DNA of 64,000 nucleotides from Bdellovibrio sp. (GTDB lineage Bacteria; Bdellovibrionota; Bdellovibrionia; Bdellovibrionales; Bdellovibrionaceae), in assembly GCA_036676395.1 (NCBI GenBank), contig JAKFCY010000002.1, positions 768,001 through 832,000 of the forward strand, in the 5' to 3' direction. The position numbers and the translations under genes are program-made. Positions 18,683 to 29,561 of this stretch are shown here, one piece after another. The notes beneath the pieces are model-generated. The model did no database searches. It saw only the letters and a program-made list of their open reading frames with translations, and had not been told where the DNA came from. Numbering within the stretch: the stretch's first letter is position 1; every line of letters starts with the position of its first letter.

Positions 18683-19591
18683 CTATTCTTCACGATAAGC
18701 TTCGGGGATTTGAACTTCTTCAAGATCGTCAATATCGCCCTGAAATTCGCGTTGAGATGCCATTTCGATTTTTTGTGAGAGTTTGGAATCAAGTGTTCCA
18801 TCAGCGTAAGCAGCGATGATCTTAGAATATTTTGTTGTCGCTGCGATGATTGTTGGTGGGTTTGCAACTAAGACAATGCAAATGAAGGTAAAGCAGACAA
18901 TAGCTAACATTGATCCATTAATAACTTGAATATTTTTACTACGAGCTACTGAATTGTATATTCTCTTAAAAAAGAACACTGGAATTAAAGAGGCGATTAT
19001 AAATACTACCCCGTAAAACCACCACAAGCTTGTCGACCATAGCATTTCAGCGCAGCGCACGTTGCAACTAGCTTTGATCAAAAATTGGTACTTTTGAATC
19101 ATGAGGGAGCCGAAGTATTTGAATTGATAAAACATAAAGGCAATAGCAAACATTCCAAGAATGAATTTTTCACAGTATGCACCGTATTTAAAGTGCAGTT
19201 TCAAACGAGAGAAAAAATGATCTTCATGCCAGAATCTGTTCTTGATCACTTTGTCTGGGTTCTCTAATGCAAACTTTTGTAGCGCTTCAGGATCGTTTGC
19301 TTCTTCAGCCTTGAATCCAATAACGGTGTCGTAGCCATTGGCTGAATAATAAACGAGGAAATAATCCTTTTCAGGTTGTTTGGGTATATGGACTCTGGAA
19401 ATGTTAGTCCAATCAATTGGAATAGGCTCGTTGCGATAGGCTGATTTAAGGTTCTCCCAGGTGTAGAGGCGGCATTGTAAAGCCGCTAATTTAGATTTAG
19501 GCCTGATTATCAATCCCATAGCATTACTTATCGGATTTTTGAGCAAAAACTTGAAATAATTCCCGGCACCTGTCAAAGCTTTGGACAGCAT
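18683..19591 (-). CDS. Membrane protein of unknown function
   Basis: 302-aa ORF, soluble N-terminal part, about 3 hydrophobic segments; start uncertain. Confidence 0.7.
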   Translation of the reverse strand: MLSKALTGAGNYFKFLLKNPISNAMGLIIRPKSKLAALQCRLYTWENLKSAYRNEPIPIDWTNISRVHIPKQPEKDYFLVYYSANGYDTVIGFKAEEANDPEALQKFALENPDKVIKNRFWHEDHFFSRLKLHFKYGAYCEKFILGMFAIAFMFYQFKYFGSLMIQKYQFLIKASCNVRCAEMLWSTSLWWFYGVVFIIASLIPVFFFKRIYNSVARSKNIQVINGSMLAIVCFTFICIVLVANPPTIIAATTKYSKIIAAYADGTLDSKLSQKIEMASQREFQGDIDDLEEVQIPEAYREE

Positions 19592-19700
19592 TTTTTCACT
19601 CTAATCTCATACCGTAACGCTCACGATTGGCGCACATTTCGTATTATAGAAAAGAGTCAGGCATCTTCAAAAATGACTGGTAGCCTCTTGCGTTTGAGCC

Positions 19701-19723
19701 CCTCTTGAACCAAGAGGTTTTTT
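19701..19723 (+). terminator. Orphan intrinsic terminator
   Basis: CCTCTTG-AAC-CAAGAGG-TTTTTT; no annotated + strand gene upstream. Confidence 0.7.
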
Positions 19724-19748
19724 ATTTTTTGCCTAAAAAAATACATTC

Positions 19749-19803
19749 AGGTAACAGTTCCCTTTTTGATATGCGCTGTGACGCATAAAGGAAACTGTTA
19801 CCT
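19749..19803. promoter_or_regulatory. Long imperfect hairpin upstream of glyQS
   Basis: AGGTAACAGTT...TATGCG-CTGTGA-CGCATA...AACTGTTACCT. Confidence 0.5.
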
Positions 19804-19865
19804 CTTCTTTTCGCACACGATACCGTTATAGCTATCGTATTTTGATTCGCGAAAGGATTCCGAAC

Positions 19866-21233
19866 GTGACTGCACCAATTCCTGAAATTAAACGTCTAAA
19901 AGATTTAAGTACTCTTGTGAGTTTATCAAAACGCCGTGGCTTTGTTTTTCAAAGTTCTGAAATTTATGGCGGCCTTGGTAGCTGTTGGGATTATGGTCCT
20001 TTAGGTTCATTAATGAAATTGAATGTTAAACGTGCGTGGTGGAATGCCATGACTCGTAGATCAGACATTGTTGGTCTTGATGCCGCGATTCTTATGCACC
20101 CAACTGTCTGGAAAGCTTCGGGCCATGTTGATGGATTCTCTGATCCGTTAGTTGATTGTAAAGATTGTAAAACACGCTTTCGCGCAGATAACACTGATTC
20201 TTATATTAATAAAAAACAGTGCCCTGTGTGTGGCAGCAAAAACTTATCAGAAGAGCGTCAGTTTAACTTAATGTTTAAAACTCACATGGGTCCTTTAGAA
20301 GACTCTGGTTCTGTAGTTTATCTTCGTCCAGAGACGGCTCAAGGCCATTTCGTGAATTTTCAAAACTGCCAACAATCGTCGCGTTATAAAATTCCTTTTG
20401 GGATTGCTGCGATTGGTAAATCTTTTCGTAATGAAATTACTCCGGGTAATTTTATTTTTCGTACGCGTGAATTTGAACAAATGGAAATGCAATATTTTGT
20501 AAAGCCAGGAACCGATGAGCAGTTTTTTAATGAGTGGAAAGACCGCCGTTGGAAATTCTATTTAAAATTCGGGATTCGTGAAGAAAACTTAAATTTTAAA
20601 CCGCATGATAAATTAGCTCACTACGCGCGTGCTGCCGTAGACATTGAGTATAAATTTCCGATGGGTTTTTCTGAATTAGAAGGTATTCATAACCGTTCTG
20701 ATTTCGATTTAACCCAGCATGCGAAATTCTCTGGAAAAAACTTAGAATATTTTAATGAAGCTGAAAAAGAAAAATTTATTCCTTACGTGATCGAAACAGC
20801 TGTGGGTTGTGATCGTTTATTCTTGGCATTCATGTGTGATGCTTACCGTGAAGAAGTAACGACAACAAAAGATGAAACAGGTAAAACTTCTGAAGACGTA
20901 CGTGTGGTGTTGGGATTACATCCTGAGATTGCTCCGTTTAAAGTTGCGGTATTACCACTATCTAAAAAAGATGAATTATCTCTTCCTGCAGAAGGTTTAC
21001 GTGACCAATTAGCCGAAGATTTTGATGTGACTTACGATGAGACTGCATCAATCGGTAAACGTTACCGTCGCCAAGATGAAATCGGAACACCGTTTTGTGT
21101 GACTTACGATTTTGAATCAGTCACTGATGGCGCAGTGACTGTTCGTCATCGTGATAAAATGACTCAAGAGCGTATTAAAATTAAAGAATTAAATGCTTAT
21201 ATTGCTGTTCAATTGAAACAGTTTAACCAATAA
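19866..21233 (+). CDS. glyQS: Glycine--tRNA ligase, homodimeric (eukaryote/archaea-like) type
   Basis: [61 protein letters not shown] 19866 follows AAGGA. Confidence 0.96.
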   Translation: MTAPIPEIKRLKDLSTLVSLSKRRGFVFQSSEIYGGLGSCWDYGPLGSLMKLNVKRAWWNAMTRRSDIVGLDAAILMHPTVWKASGHVDGFSDPLVDCKDCKTRFRADNTDSYINKKQCPVCGSKNLSEERQFNLMFKTHMGPLEDSGSVVYLRPETAQGHFVNFQNCQQSSRYKIPFGIAAIGKSFRNEITPGNFIFRTREFEQMEMQYFVKPGTDEQFFNEWKDRRWKFYLKFGIREENLNFKPHDKLAHYARAAVDIEYKFPMGFSELEGIHNRSDFDLTQHAKFSGKNLEYFNEAEKEKFIPYVIETAVGCDRLFLAFMCDAYREEVTTTKDETGKTSEDVRVVLGLHPEIAPFKVAVLPLSKKDELSLPAEGLRDQLAEDFDVTYDETASIGKRYRRQDEIGTPFCVTYDFESVTDGAVTVRHRDKMTQERIKIKELNAYIAVQLKQFNQ

Positions 21234-21252
21234 CAAAAAAGAATAGGACTGT

Positions 21253-23919
21253 GTGATGGAGACTACAAACACAAAGACTTATACAAGACCTGAAAAGTTT
21301 GTTTATTACTTCGCGGCGGGTGAAGCCGAAGGTAATGCAAGCATGAAAAATACCTTAGGTGGTAAAGGAGCTAATCTAGCTGAAATGACAGCTATTGGTC
21401 TTCCGGTGCCTCCAGGGTTTACGCTTTCAACTGACATCTGTACGGCTTATTATGCCGAAGGTGGAAAACTTCCTGACTGGGTTAAACCTGAAGTCTTAAA
21501 AGCGTTATCACGAGTTGAAGCTAAAATCGGTAAAAAATTTGGTGATACTACAAATCCATTATTGGTGAGCGTTCGCTCAGGTGCTCGCGCCTCGATGCCT
21601 GGTATGATGGATACGATTCTTAATTTAGGTCTGAATGATCAAACAGTTGAAGGCTTAGCAAAGTCTTCGAATAATCCACGTTTTGCCTGGGATTCTTACC
21701 GCCGCTTTATTCAAATGTACTCTGATGTGGTGATGGGAATGAATTCATCATTATTAGAGGTTACTCTTGAAGATCTAAAAGCCGAAAAAGGTCTGCACTT
21801 AGATACAGATTTAACAACAGATGATTTAAAAAAATTAGTTAAAAAATTTAAAGACCTGGTTCAACAAATGACAGGTCAAAGCTTTCCGGCTGACCCAATG
21901 GAACAACTTTGGGGAGCAATTAACGCCGTATTCAAAAGTTGGAACACAGCTCGTGCGATCACTTATCGTGAATTACATGATATTCCGGCAGCATGGGGAA
22001 CAGCGGTAAATGTTCAGTCGATGGTGTTTGGTAATTTAGGTGATGATTCAGCAACGGGTGTTGCGTTCACACGTGATCCTTCAACGGGGGCAAAAAAATT
22101 CTACGGAGAATTTTTAGTAAATGCGCAAGGTGAAGATGTGGTTGCCGGAATCCGCACGCCGCAGCCAATTTCGTTGTTGGCTGAAATTATGCCTGAGCCT
22201 TACAAAGACCTAGAAATAATCTATAAAAAATTAGAAACGTATTTCAAAGATATGCAAGATATCGAATTCACAATTGAAAAAAATAAATTGTGGATGTTGC
22301 AAACACGTAACGGTAAACGCACGGCAAAAGCCGCGTTACAAATCGCGTGCGATATGATTGATGAAAAAATGATTACTGAAGAGGAAGCGATCTTACGTTT
22401 AGATCCTTCATCACTTGATCAATTATTACATCCGACACTTGATCCTAAAGCCTCAAAAACTATTCTAGCAAAAGGTTTACCAGCAAGCCCAGGTGGCGTT
22501 TGCGGACAAATCGTATTTACTCCGGAAGATGCTGTTGAATGGAAAGAGCAAGGCAAAAAAGTCATCTTAGTTCGTGTTGAAACTTCTCCTGAAGACATTG
22601 CGGGTATGGTTGCAGCCCAAGGGATTCTAACAGCTCGCGGTGGTATGACATCACATGCAGCCGTCGTAGCTCGTGGTATGGGTAAATGTTGCGTAGCTGG
22701 TTGTTCAGAAGTTGAAGTGGATTACACCAATGAAGTCATGCGCGCTAAAGGTTACAACCTTAAAAAAGGTGATGTAATTACTTTAGATGGCAGCACTGGT
22801 GAAATTTATCTAGGTGAAGTTAAAACTATCGAACCAAAATTAGACGGCGTTTTTGATCGTTTAATGAAAATGGCTGATGGCGTTCGTCGTTTAAAAGTGC
22901 GCGCTAATGCTGACACGCCAAAAGATGCTATGACAGCCCGTAATTTCGGGGCTGAAGGTATCGGTCTTTGCCGTACAGAGCATATGTTCTTTGGTGCTGA
23001 TCGTATTGATGCCGTTCGTGAAATGATTATTTCTGACACCAAAGCTGAACGTGAACGTGCTTTAGAAAAATTATTACCAATGCAAAGAGATGATTTTTAT
23101 CAGTTGTTTAAAATCATGGAAGGCTATCCGGTAACAATTCGTTTATTAGACCCCCCATTGCATGAATTTGTTCCGCACTCTGATGAAGAGATTCAAATTT
23201 TTGCAAAACGTGTAAACCTTGATGCTAATCGCGTAAAAGCAAAAATCCAAGCGCTTCACGAATTTAACCCGATGTTAGGTCATCGTGGTTGTCGTTTAGC
23301 AGTCACTTTTCCTGAAATCTATCAAATGCAATCGCGTGCCATTGCAGAAGCTGCAGCAAAGCTAACTCAAGAAGGCATGAAGCTTGTTCCTGAAATTATG
23401 ATTCCACTTATTGCTACGGCGAAAGAATTAGAAATTCTTCGCGCGCAAACTATCGAAGTGGTTGATAAGGTGATGAAAGAAACTAAAACTAAATTTGATT
23501 ACCAAGTCGGTACGATGATTGAACTTCCTCGTGCAGCAGTAACAGCTCATGAGATTGCAAAACATGCTGACTTTTTTAGTTTCGGAACAAATGACTTAAC
23601 ACAAACGACGTTAGGTCTTTCGCGTGATGATTCTGGAAGATTTTTAGGAAGCTACGTCAGCCAGGGAATCTTTGCCAAAGATCCATTCGTAAGTATTGAT
23701 CAAATCGGTGTAGGCACATTAGTTAAGACCGGTGTTGATTTAGGTCGTCAAACTAAAGGCCAACTTAAAGTGGGCGTGTGCGGTGAGCACGGTGGTGATC
23801 CAGAGTCGATCGAGTTTTTTGAAAATGTAAATTTAGATTACGTCAGTTGTTCGCCGTTTCGAGTGCCGATAGCACGCTTAGCCGCTGCTAAGGCTCACTT
23901 AAAAAGGAAGAAAAAATAA
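21253..23919 (+). CDS. ppdK: Pyruvate, phosphate dikinase
   Basis: GGKGANLAEM, GGMTSHAAVVARG phospho-His motif, GVCGEHGGDP. Confidence 0.98.
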   Translation: MMETTNTKTYTRPEKFVYYFAAGEAEGNASMKNTLGGKGANLAEMTAIGLPVPPGFTLSTDICTAYYAEGGKLPDWVKPEVLKALSRVEAKIGKKFGDTTNPLLVSVRSGARASMPGMMDTILNLGLNDQTVEGLAKSSNNPRFAWDSYRRFIQMYSDVVMGMNSSLLEVTLEDLKAEKGLHLDTDLTTDDLKKLVKKFKDLVQQMTGQSFPADPMEQLWGAINAVFKSWNTARAITYRELHDIPAAWGTAVNVQSMVFGNLGDDSATGVAFTRDPSTGAKKFYGEFLVNAQGEDVVAGIRTPQPISLLAEIMPEPYKDLEIIYKKLETYFKDMQDIEFTIEKNKLWMLQTRNGKRTAKAALQIACDMIDEKMITEEEAILRLDPSSLDQLLHPTLDPKASKTILAKGLPASPGGVCGQIVFTPEDAVEWKEQGKKVILVRVETSPEDIAGMVAAQGILTARGGMTSHAAVVARGMGKCCVAGCSEVEVDYTNEVMRAKGYNLKKGDVITLDGSTGEIYLGEVKTIEPKLDGVFDRLMKMADGVRRLKVRANADTPKDAMTARNFGAEGIGLCRTEHMFFGADRIDAVREMIISDTKAERERALEKLLPMQRDDFYQLFKIMEGYPVTIRLLDPPLHEFVPHSDEEIQIFAKRVNLDANRVKAKIQALHEFNPMLGHRGCRLAVTFPEIYQMQSRAIAEAAAKLTQEGMKLVPEIMIPLIATAKELEILRAQTIEVVDKVMKETKTKFDYQVGTMIELPRAAVTAHEIAKHADFFSFGTNDLTQTTLGLSRDDSGRFLGSYVSQGIFAKDPFVSIDQIGVGTLVKTGVDLGRQTKGQLKVGVCGEHGGDPESIEFFENVNLDYVSCSPFRVPIARLAAAKAHLKRKKK

Positions 23920-23921
23920 GC

Positions 23922-24611
23922 ATGCAAAGATTATTGTTAGTTGAAGATAATGAAGTTATGCGGGTGTTGGCCGCTAACACATTGAAAGAGTTTTCTCTTT
24001 CAATGGCTTCAACTTTAAAAGAAGCCCAGGCTTTAATGCAAACAAACACGTTTGACTTAATTCTTCTGGATATCGGATTGCCAGACGGTGATGGGCTTAC
24101 TTTTTTAAATCACTTAAGCAATGCATCTGGTGCGCAAACGCCAGTGATTATTATTAGCGGTAAAACTGATATTGCCAGTAAGGTGACTGCATTTTCTTTC
24201 GGGGCTGAAGATTTTATTTCTAAACCTTTCGATCCGATTGAATTAAAAGCGCGCGTGTCGGCTAAGCTTAGAAAAATTGAACAGGCTAAAACTAGCTCTG
24301 ACCAGTTAAAAATTGGCGATTTAATCATTACAGTCAGCAAACAAAAAGTAGTGATTCAATCCGGCGGCAATGATCAGATGCCGATTGATTTAACGACCTT
24401 AGAATTTAAATTGTTATTATCGCTGGCAAAATATCCGGAGCGCGTTTACACACGCGAGCATTTGCTTTCAGAAGTTTGGGGTAATGACCTATCTGTCACT
24501 TTACGAAGTGTTGATACGCATGTGGCACATTTGCGTAAAAAGATTCATAAATCGACGGTAAAAATCGACACCGTCATTCGCAGCGGTTATCGTTTATTAA
24601 TTAATACATAA
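23922..24611 (+). CDS. OmpR-family response regulator (no adjacent kinase)
   Basis: VEDN, LLDIGLPDGDG, KPF; winged helix RSVDTHVAHLRKK. Confidence 0.92.
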   Translation: MQRLLLVEDNEVMRVLAANTLKEFSLSMASTLKEAQALMQTNTFDLILLDIGLPDGDGLTFLNHLSNASGAQTPVIIISGKTDIASKVTAFSFGAEDFISKPFDPIELKARVSAKLRKIEQAKTSSDQLKIGDLIITVSKQKVVIQSGGNDQMPIDLTTLEFKLLLSLAKYPERVYTREHLLSEVWGNDLSVTLRSVDTHVAHLRKKIHKSTVKIDTVIRSGYRLLINT

Positions 24612-24854
24612 TTTTTGCGCTAAAAATCTGCAGCTAAATTTGTAGGCTCTGTCTTAGGATAAGAAATGTGCAGCCTCATATATATAGACATGCAGCGTTG
24701 CGGCAAGGCCGACCAAAACTCTCAAAAGCAATTGTTTCATCGTTGACTCACTATCCCGACCAAAGGACAGTTATAGAGTAGTTATAAGCTCTATATGGTG
24801 TCTTATGGAATTCATAAGACTATAAACCATTTTCTTCGCAAAAGGAGTTTTGCT

Positions 24855-27800
24855 TTGAGAATTAAAAAACTAGAACTAATTGGTTTTAAATCATTTAAAG
24901 ATCGCACAGTCATTCAATTCGATGCTGGTATTACTGGTATCGTAGGCCCGAATGGTTGCGGTAAATCTAATATCGTCGATGCTTTAATGTGGGTAATGGG
25001 CGATCAATCGGCCAAAGACTTACGTGCATCGCAAATGACAGATGTTATCTTTGCCGGCGCAGAAAACTATGCTCCGCATGGTATGTGCGAAGTTTCACTT
25101 ACATTAGAAAATGATGGCGGACCATTCCCAGCTAAGTATTTAAAACATTCTGAAATCATGGTGACTCGTCGTTTACACAGAAATGGTGAAGGCGAATACT
25201 TTATCAATAAAGAAGCAGCTCGTTTAAAAGACGTGCAAGAAATCTTTATGGATACTGGTGCCGGATCAAAAGGTTTCTCGATTATCGCTCAGGGTATGAT
25301 CGGTAAGATCATTACATCTAAGCCAGAAGATCGCCGCATGTTAATCGAAGAAGCCGCGGGTATTACGAAGTTCAAGGCTCGTAAAAAAGAATCGCAACGT
25401 AAATTACAATCTACAGATCAAAACTTAGTGCGTTTACAAGACATCATCGGCGAATTAAAACGCCAGATCGATTCTTTACAGCGTCAGGCGCAGCGTGCTG
25501 AACGTTACCGTAATATCAAAAATCAAATTGAAGATCTTGAATTATGGTTATCATCAGCTCAATACATAGAGCTTGCGCGTGCTGCTAACGAAGCACAAAA
25601 AATCTTTGATGAAGCGCAATCTTTAGAAGTTGGTTCTGAAGCTGACCTTGCAGGAATGCAGGCGCAATTAGAAACTTTAAAACTTTCTGTGTTAGAACAA
25701 GAAAAAGCAGTTGAAGATCGCCAACAAGAATTCTTCAATCACCAGGGTTCTGTACAAAAGAAAGAATTAGAAATTCAGGAATTACGCTTTACGCTTGAAC
25801 AAGCTAAACGCAATGAGCAAATGACGGGTTCGATCTTAAACGAACAACAAGCCCGTTATGATTTATTATCTCGTGATCAAACGACACTTCAGGCTCAAGC
25901 TGATGAATTAAAAGAAGAATCAGAATATTTAGCTGAAGAATCAATTACAAAAGCTCAGGCTTTCAGTGAAAACCAAAAACGTTTTGCTGAAATCGACGAA
26001 GATTTAACTGTTAAACGCCGTGAACAATTTGCCGTAGGCCAATCTGAATCAGCGTTAGATGCAAAATTAAATTCTTTCACAGGTCAGCGTTCTGAAGTTG
26101 CTGATCGTGTAGCTAATGAAGAATTAAAACTTTCTGAATTGCGTGAAACACACCACGGGTTTGAAACTCGTCGTCGTAAAATCACAAATGAATTAGACAG
26201 CCAACGCCAACTTCAATTAGACCTTTCAAATGATGCTGAATCTTTTGAAGCGAATAAAAAGATTTTGACTGAATCTGTTCAACGTAAACAAATTGAAGTT
26301 CAGGAATTTAAAGATAATTTAAATGAAACGGCTTCACGCCTTTACGGTTTAGAAAATTTAGCGCAAAACTTCGAAGGTTTCGAAGAGGGCGTTAAGCAAG
26401 TTATGCTTTGGTCAAAAGCCAGAACTGAACAATCATTAAATGCTGATGGCACGGTGAATGAAACATTCCACCCAGTATCTGAAGTGATCGAAGTGCCAAG
26501 CGAATTCGAAATCGCTATGGAAGCAGCTCTTGGTTCTAAATTACAGATGCTTTTATCTAATAAAAAAGAAACAGCTTTAGAGGCTGTTGATTATTTAAAA
26601 GAACAAAACACAGGCCGTTCTTCTTTCTTTGCGGCTCAGGGCGAAAAAGCTCACATGCCTGCAGGAAACCCTGAAGCTGAAGCCGGTGTTCTTGGTTTAT
26701 TAAATAAAGTCGTTCGTTCTGACGCTCAATTCTCTGACTCGGTAGAAAATATTCTATCTGGTGTGGCGATTGTTGATTCAATCCGTACGGCATTATCATT
26801 ACGTCCGAACTACTCAGGTTGGACTTTTGTAACTCCGGATGGTGATACGTTATCAGCTGATGGCGTAATGACTGGCGGATCAAAAGATTCTGCTGAATCA
26901 GGCGTATTAAAACGTCGTCGTGAAATTAAAGAATTAACTGATAAGAAAAACGAATGGTCTGGTAAGACGGCTTTAGCAACGGCTGCTTTAAAGAAAACTG
27001 AAGAGCAATTAGCTAACGTATTAAATGACTTTGAAGGCGCGCAAAAACGCCGTATCGAACAAGAAATCAAAGTTACAGAACTTCGTAAAGACTTAGAACG
27101 TGCTGATAATGAATTACAACAAGCGGGCAACGCGGTTGAAAGACAGGATAAAGAAGTTCGTCGTTTAACTGAAAACTTAGCTATGCTTGATGAAAAGATT
27201 TCTGAAATGTCAGAAAATCTAGTGAACTTACGCACGAATAAAGCCGAGTTAGAAACATCTATCGAATCATTAACAAATGAATTTGATTCAATGAAAGATG
27301 GTTTCGATGCGCAGCAAGCTGAAGTGACTGATTTACAAATCAGATCAGCTTCTAAATCTCAGGAATACCAAGGTTTAATTCGCCAATTAGAAATGGTGAC
27401 TAGACAGGTTAATGAATTATCGCACCAATTAAACCGTATGTCTGAAGAGGCCGAAGGTTACAATTCGCAAATGACTGAAGGCTCTTATGCTTTAGAACAG
27501 GCGAAAATCGATTTCGAAAGAATGGTTGCTGATATTGAAGTTAAACGTTTAGATTTGGCTCAATTCAAAAATCAATTCGAAATTGAAACTGCTGATATTC
27601 GTGAATTAGAAAATAAAACGATCACAATGCAACGTGAACGTAACGAACGTTTACAGCGTATGTCTGAGTCTCAATTGAAATTAGAATCAGCTAAAATGAA
27701 AGAACAAAACTTGATCGAGCAAACTCGTGAAAAATATATGTTAAATCTTCCAGACGTTGTTGAAAAATACATCGGTCGCGAAGGTGATCCCGTTGCGGCT

Positions 27801-28442
27801 GTTGAAGAATTAAAAGAATTACGCGAAAAATTAGCTAAAATTGGCGAAGTAAATCTTTCAGCTATTGCTGAGTACTCTGAAACGCAAGAGCGTTACGAAT
27901 TTTTAACTAAACAGCACGCTGATCTTACAGAGGCGAAAGAGCATTTACGCAAAGTGATCGAGCGTATTAACAAAATCTGTTCTAAACGTTTCAAAGAAAC
28001 TTTTGATCTTGTTAATGAGCGTTTCCAAAAAGTATTTCCAGTTCTTTTCGGCGGTGGTGAGGCGATGTTACAAATCGTCGAAAACGAAGAAAAAGGCGAA
28101 ATGGGTATCGAGATCATCGCTAAACCTCCAGGTAAGAAAATGCAGAACGTAACCCTAATGTCAGGGGGCGAAAAAGCCCTTACGGCCGTAGCGTTAGTGT
28201 TCTCGATCTTCTTAGTTAAACCGTCTCCGTACTGTTTACTGGATGAGGTTGATGCTCCGCTTGATGATGCCAATGTTTTCCGTTTCAACGATCTAGTCAG
28301 AGAAATGGCAAAACGTTCGCAAATTATCGTGGTGACTCATAATAAGCACACGATGGAAGTCGCTCAGAAGCTTTACGGTGTAACAATGCAAGAACGCGGT
28401 GTTTCAACGATGGTATCTGTGAGCCTTGCTGATATTAAGTAG
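24855..28442 (+). CDS. smc: Chromosome segregation protein SMC
   Basis: GFKSF, Walker A GPNGCGKSN, coiled coils and hinge, SGGEKAL, LDEVDAPLD; TTG 24855 follows AAGGAG. Confidence 0.97.
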   Translation: MRIKKLELIGFKSFKDRTVIQFDAGITGIVGPNGCGKSNIVDALMWVMGDQSAKDLRASQMTDVIFAGAENYAPHGMCEVSLTLENDGGPFPAKYLKHSEIMVTRRLHRNGEGEYFINKEAARLKDVQEIFMDTGAGSKGFSIIAQGMIGKIITSKPEDRRMLIEEAAGITKFKARKKESQRKLQSTDQNLVRLQDIIGELKRQIDSLQRQAQRAERYRNIKNQIEDLELWLSSAQYIELARAANEAQKIFDEAQSLEVGSEADLAGMQAQLETLKLSVLEQEKAVEDRQQEFFNHQGSVQKKELEIQELRFTLEQAKRNEQMTGSILNEQQARYDLLSRDQTTLQAQADELKEESEYLAEESITKAQAFSENQKRFAEIDEDLTVKRREQFAVGQSESALDAKLNSFTGQRSEVADRVANEELKLSELRETHHGFETRRRKITNELDSQRQLQLDLSNDAESFEANKKILTESVQRKQIEVQEFKDNLNETASRLYGLENLAQNFEGFEEGVKQVMLWSKARTEQSLNADGTVNETFHPVSEVIEVPSEFEIAMEAALGSKLQMLLSNKKETALEAVDYLKEQNTGRSSFFAAQGEKAHMPAGNPEAEAGVLGLLNKVVRSDAQFSDSVENILSGVAIVDSIRTALSLRPNYSGWTFVTPDGDTLSADGVMTGGSKDSAESGVLKRRREIKELTDKKNEWSGKTALATAALKKTEEQLANVLNDFEGAQKRRIEQEIKVTELRKDLERADNELQQAGNAVERQDKEVRRLTENLAMLDEKISEMSENLVNLRTNKAELETSIESLTNEFDSMKDGFDAQQAEVTDLQIRSASKSQEYQGLIRQLEMVTRQVNELSHQLNRMSEEAEGYNSQMTEGSYALEQAKIDFERMVADIEVKRLDLAQFKNQFEIETADIRELENKTITMQRERNERLQRMSESQLKLESAKMKEQNLIEQTREKYMLNLPDVVEKYIGREGDPVAAVEELKELREKLAKIGEVNLSAIAEYSETQERYEFLTKQHADLTEAKEHLRKVIERINKICSKRFKETFDLVNERFQKVFPVLFGGGEAMLQIVENEEKGEMGIEIIAKPPGKKMQNVTLMSGGEKALTAVALVFSIFLVKPSPYCLLDEVDAPLDDANVFRFNDLVREMAKRSQIIVVTHNKHTMEVAQKLYGVTMQERGVSTMVSVSLADIK

Positions 28443-28558
28443 TTTTTTAATAAGTATGTTTATCGCCCGCAGCTAATAAGCGTCTGTCTTGTTAGCGGGG
28501 TCATAGATAGAAAATATTTGGTTGTTGACCGATATTTTTAAAATATTAACATCATGCT

Positions 28559-28954
28559 ATGTTTAAAAATCCAGTTCCCGTCGCTGTTTGCTTATTGCCG
28601 GTAGATAAAAAATTAATAGGTATTCGTAGAGGTATCGAGCCGCGAAAAGGATTTATTGCTTTACCTGGTGGGTATGTGAACGCTGGTGAAACTTGGCAAG
28701 AAGCTTGTTGTAGAGAGCTATACGAAGAAACTGGGATCAAATGCGATCCTGTGCAGATTAATTTATTTTCAGTTGAAAGTGCTATCGATTCAAATCGAAT
28801 TTTAATATTTGGATTGGCTCCTGAAATTACTAAAGAACAATTAAATATCGAGTTTAAAAACGAAGAAACATTAGAAATAAGCTTCATTGAAAAAGATCAA
28901 GAGCTTGCATTTCCGCTTCATACCACCGCAGCACGCAATTTTTTTGAATTATAA
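28559..28954 (+). CDS. NUDIX hydrolase
   Basis: Nudix box PGGYVNAGETWQEACCRELYEETG. Confidence 0.9.
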   Translation: MFKNPVPVAVCLLPVDKKLIGIRRGIEPRKGFIALPGGYVNAGETWQEACCRELYEETGIKCDPVQINLFSVESAIDSNRILIFGLAPEITKEQLNIEFKNEETLEISFIEKDQELAFPLHTTAARNFFEL

Positions 28955-28982
28955 CACTAATTTAAATTACAAACCATGATCA

Positions 28983-29019
28983 TAAAAGCTCTGACTAAAA
29001 ATCAGAGCTTTTATTTTTT
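28983..29019 (+). terminator. Intrinsic terminator
   Basis: TAAAAGCTCTGA-N7-TCAGAGCTTTTA followed by T tract. Confidence 0.75.
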
Positions 29020-29561
29020 AACGCATTAAGATCTGAAACATGACCTGGCACCGATGAGGTTTTGGGCATCAAAAAACTAGACTATGAGTTTTGCAAGGAG
29101 GGGAGGTTTTCTAAGTAAAGAGAATGGAGTTGTTGTTTATGAGAAAATATTTTTTAATTCCTTTTATTTTAGGAACGTAGTATTTGCGTGGTTACTATTC
29201 TCATAGGTGAAACAACTTATTTTGCAGCTCTCGCCTATATCAAAAAAGTATAGGCTTTTTGTCTCTCATCTAAAAAATATTCTAGCGCTAGCTTTTTAAA
29301 ATATACTTCGTAGCGGTGAAGACATGCGTCAGAGAAATAATTCTTGCCAGGGTTTTTAAGGCTTTAATATTTGCTCTGTATTCACGGAATATCTTTTTTG
29401 CGGTCCGCCTCGCGAATGAAAAACAAATTCCGCATAGCTGTGATAGCGAATCTACATCGGGATTGTTGTTGTAGTGGTATCTTTCAAGCTTGATGCAATA
29501 AAAGTCGAAAAAGTTGATTTTAAAAATCGTGGTACTGTCTTTTTGAAAAGGAAAGTACTTT

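Noticed and set aside
19673..19708. Mini-ORF MTGSLLRLSPS as a Gly leader peptide, or a T-box
   Set aside because: Only one Gly codon, no RBS, and no T-box consensus found
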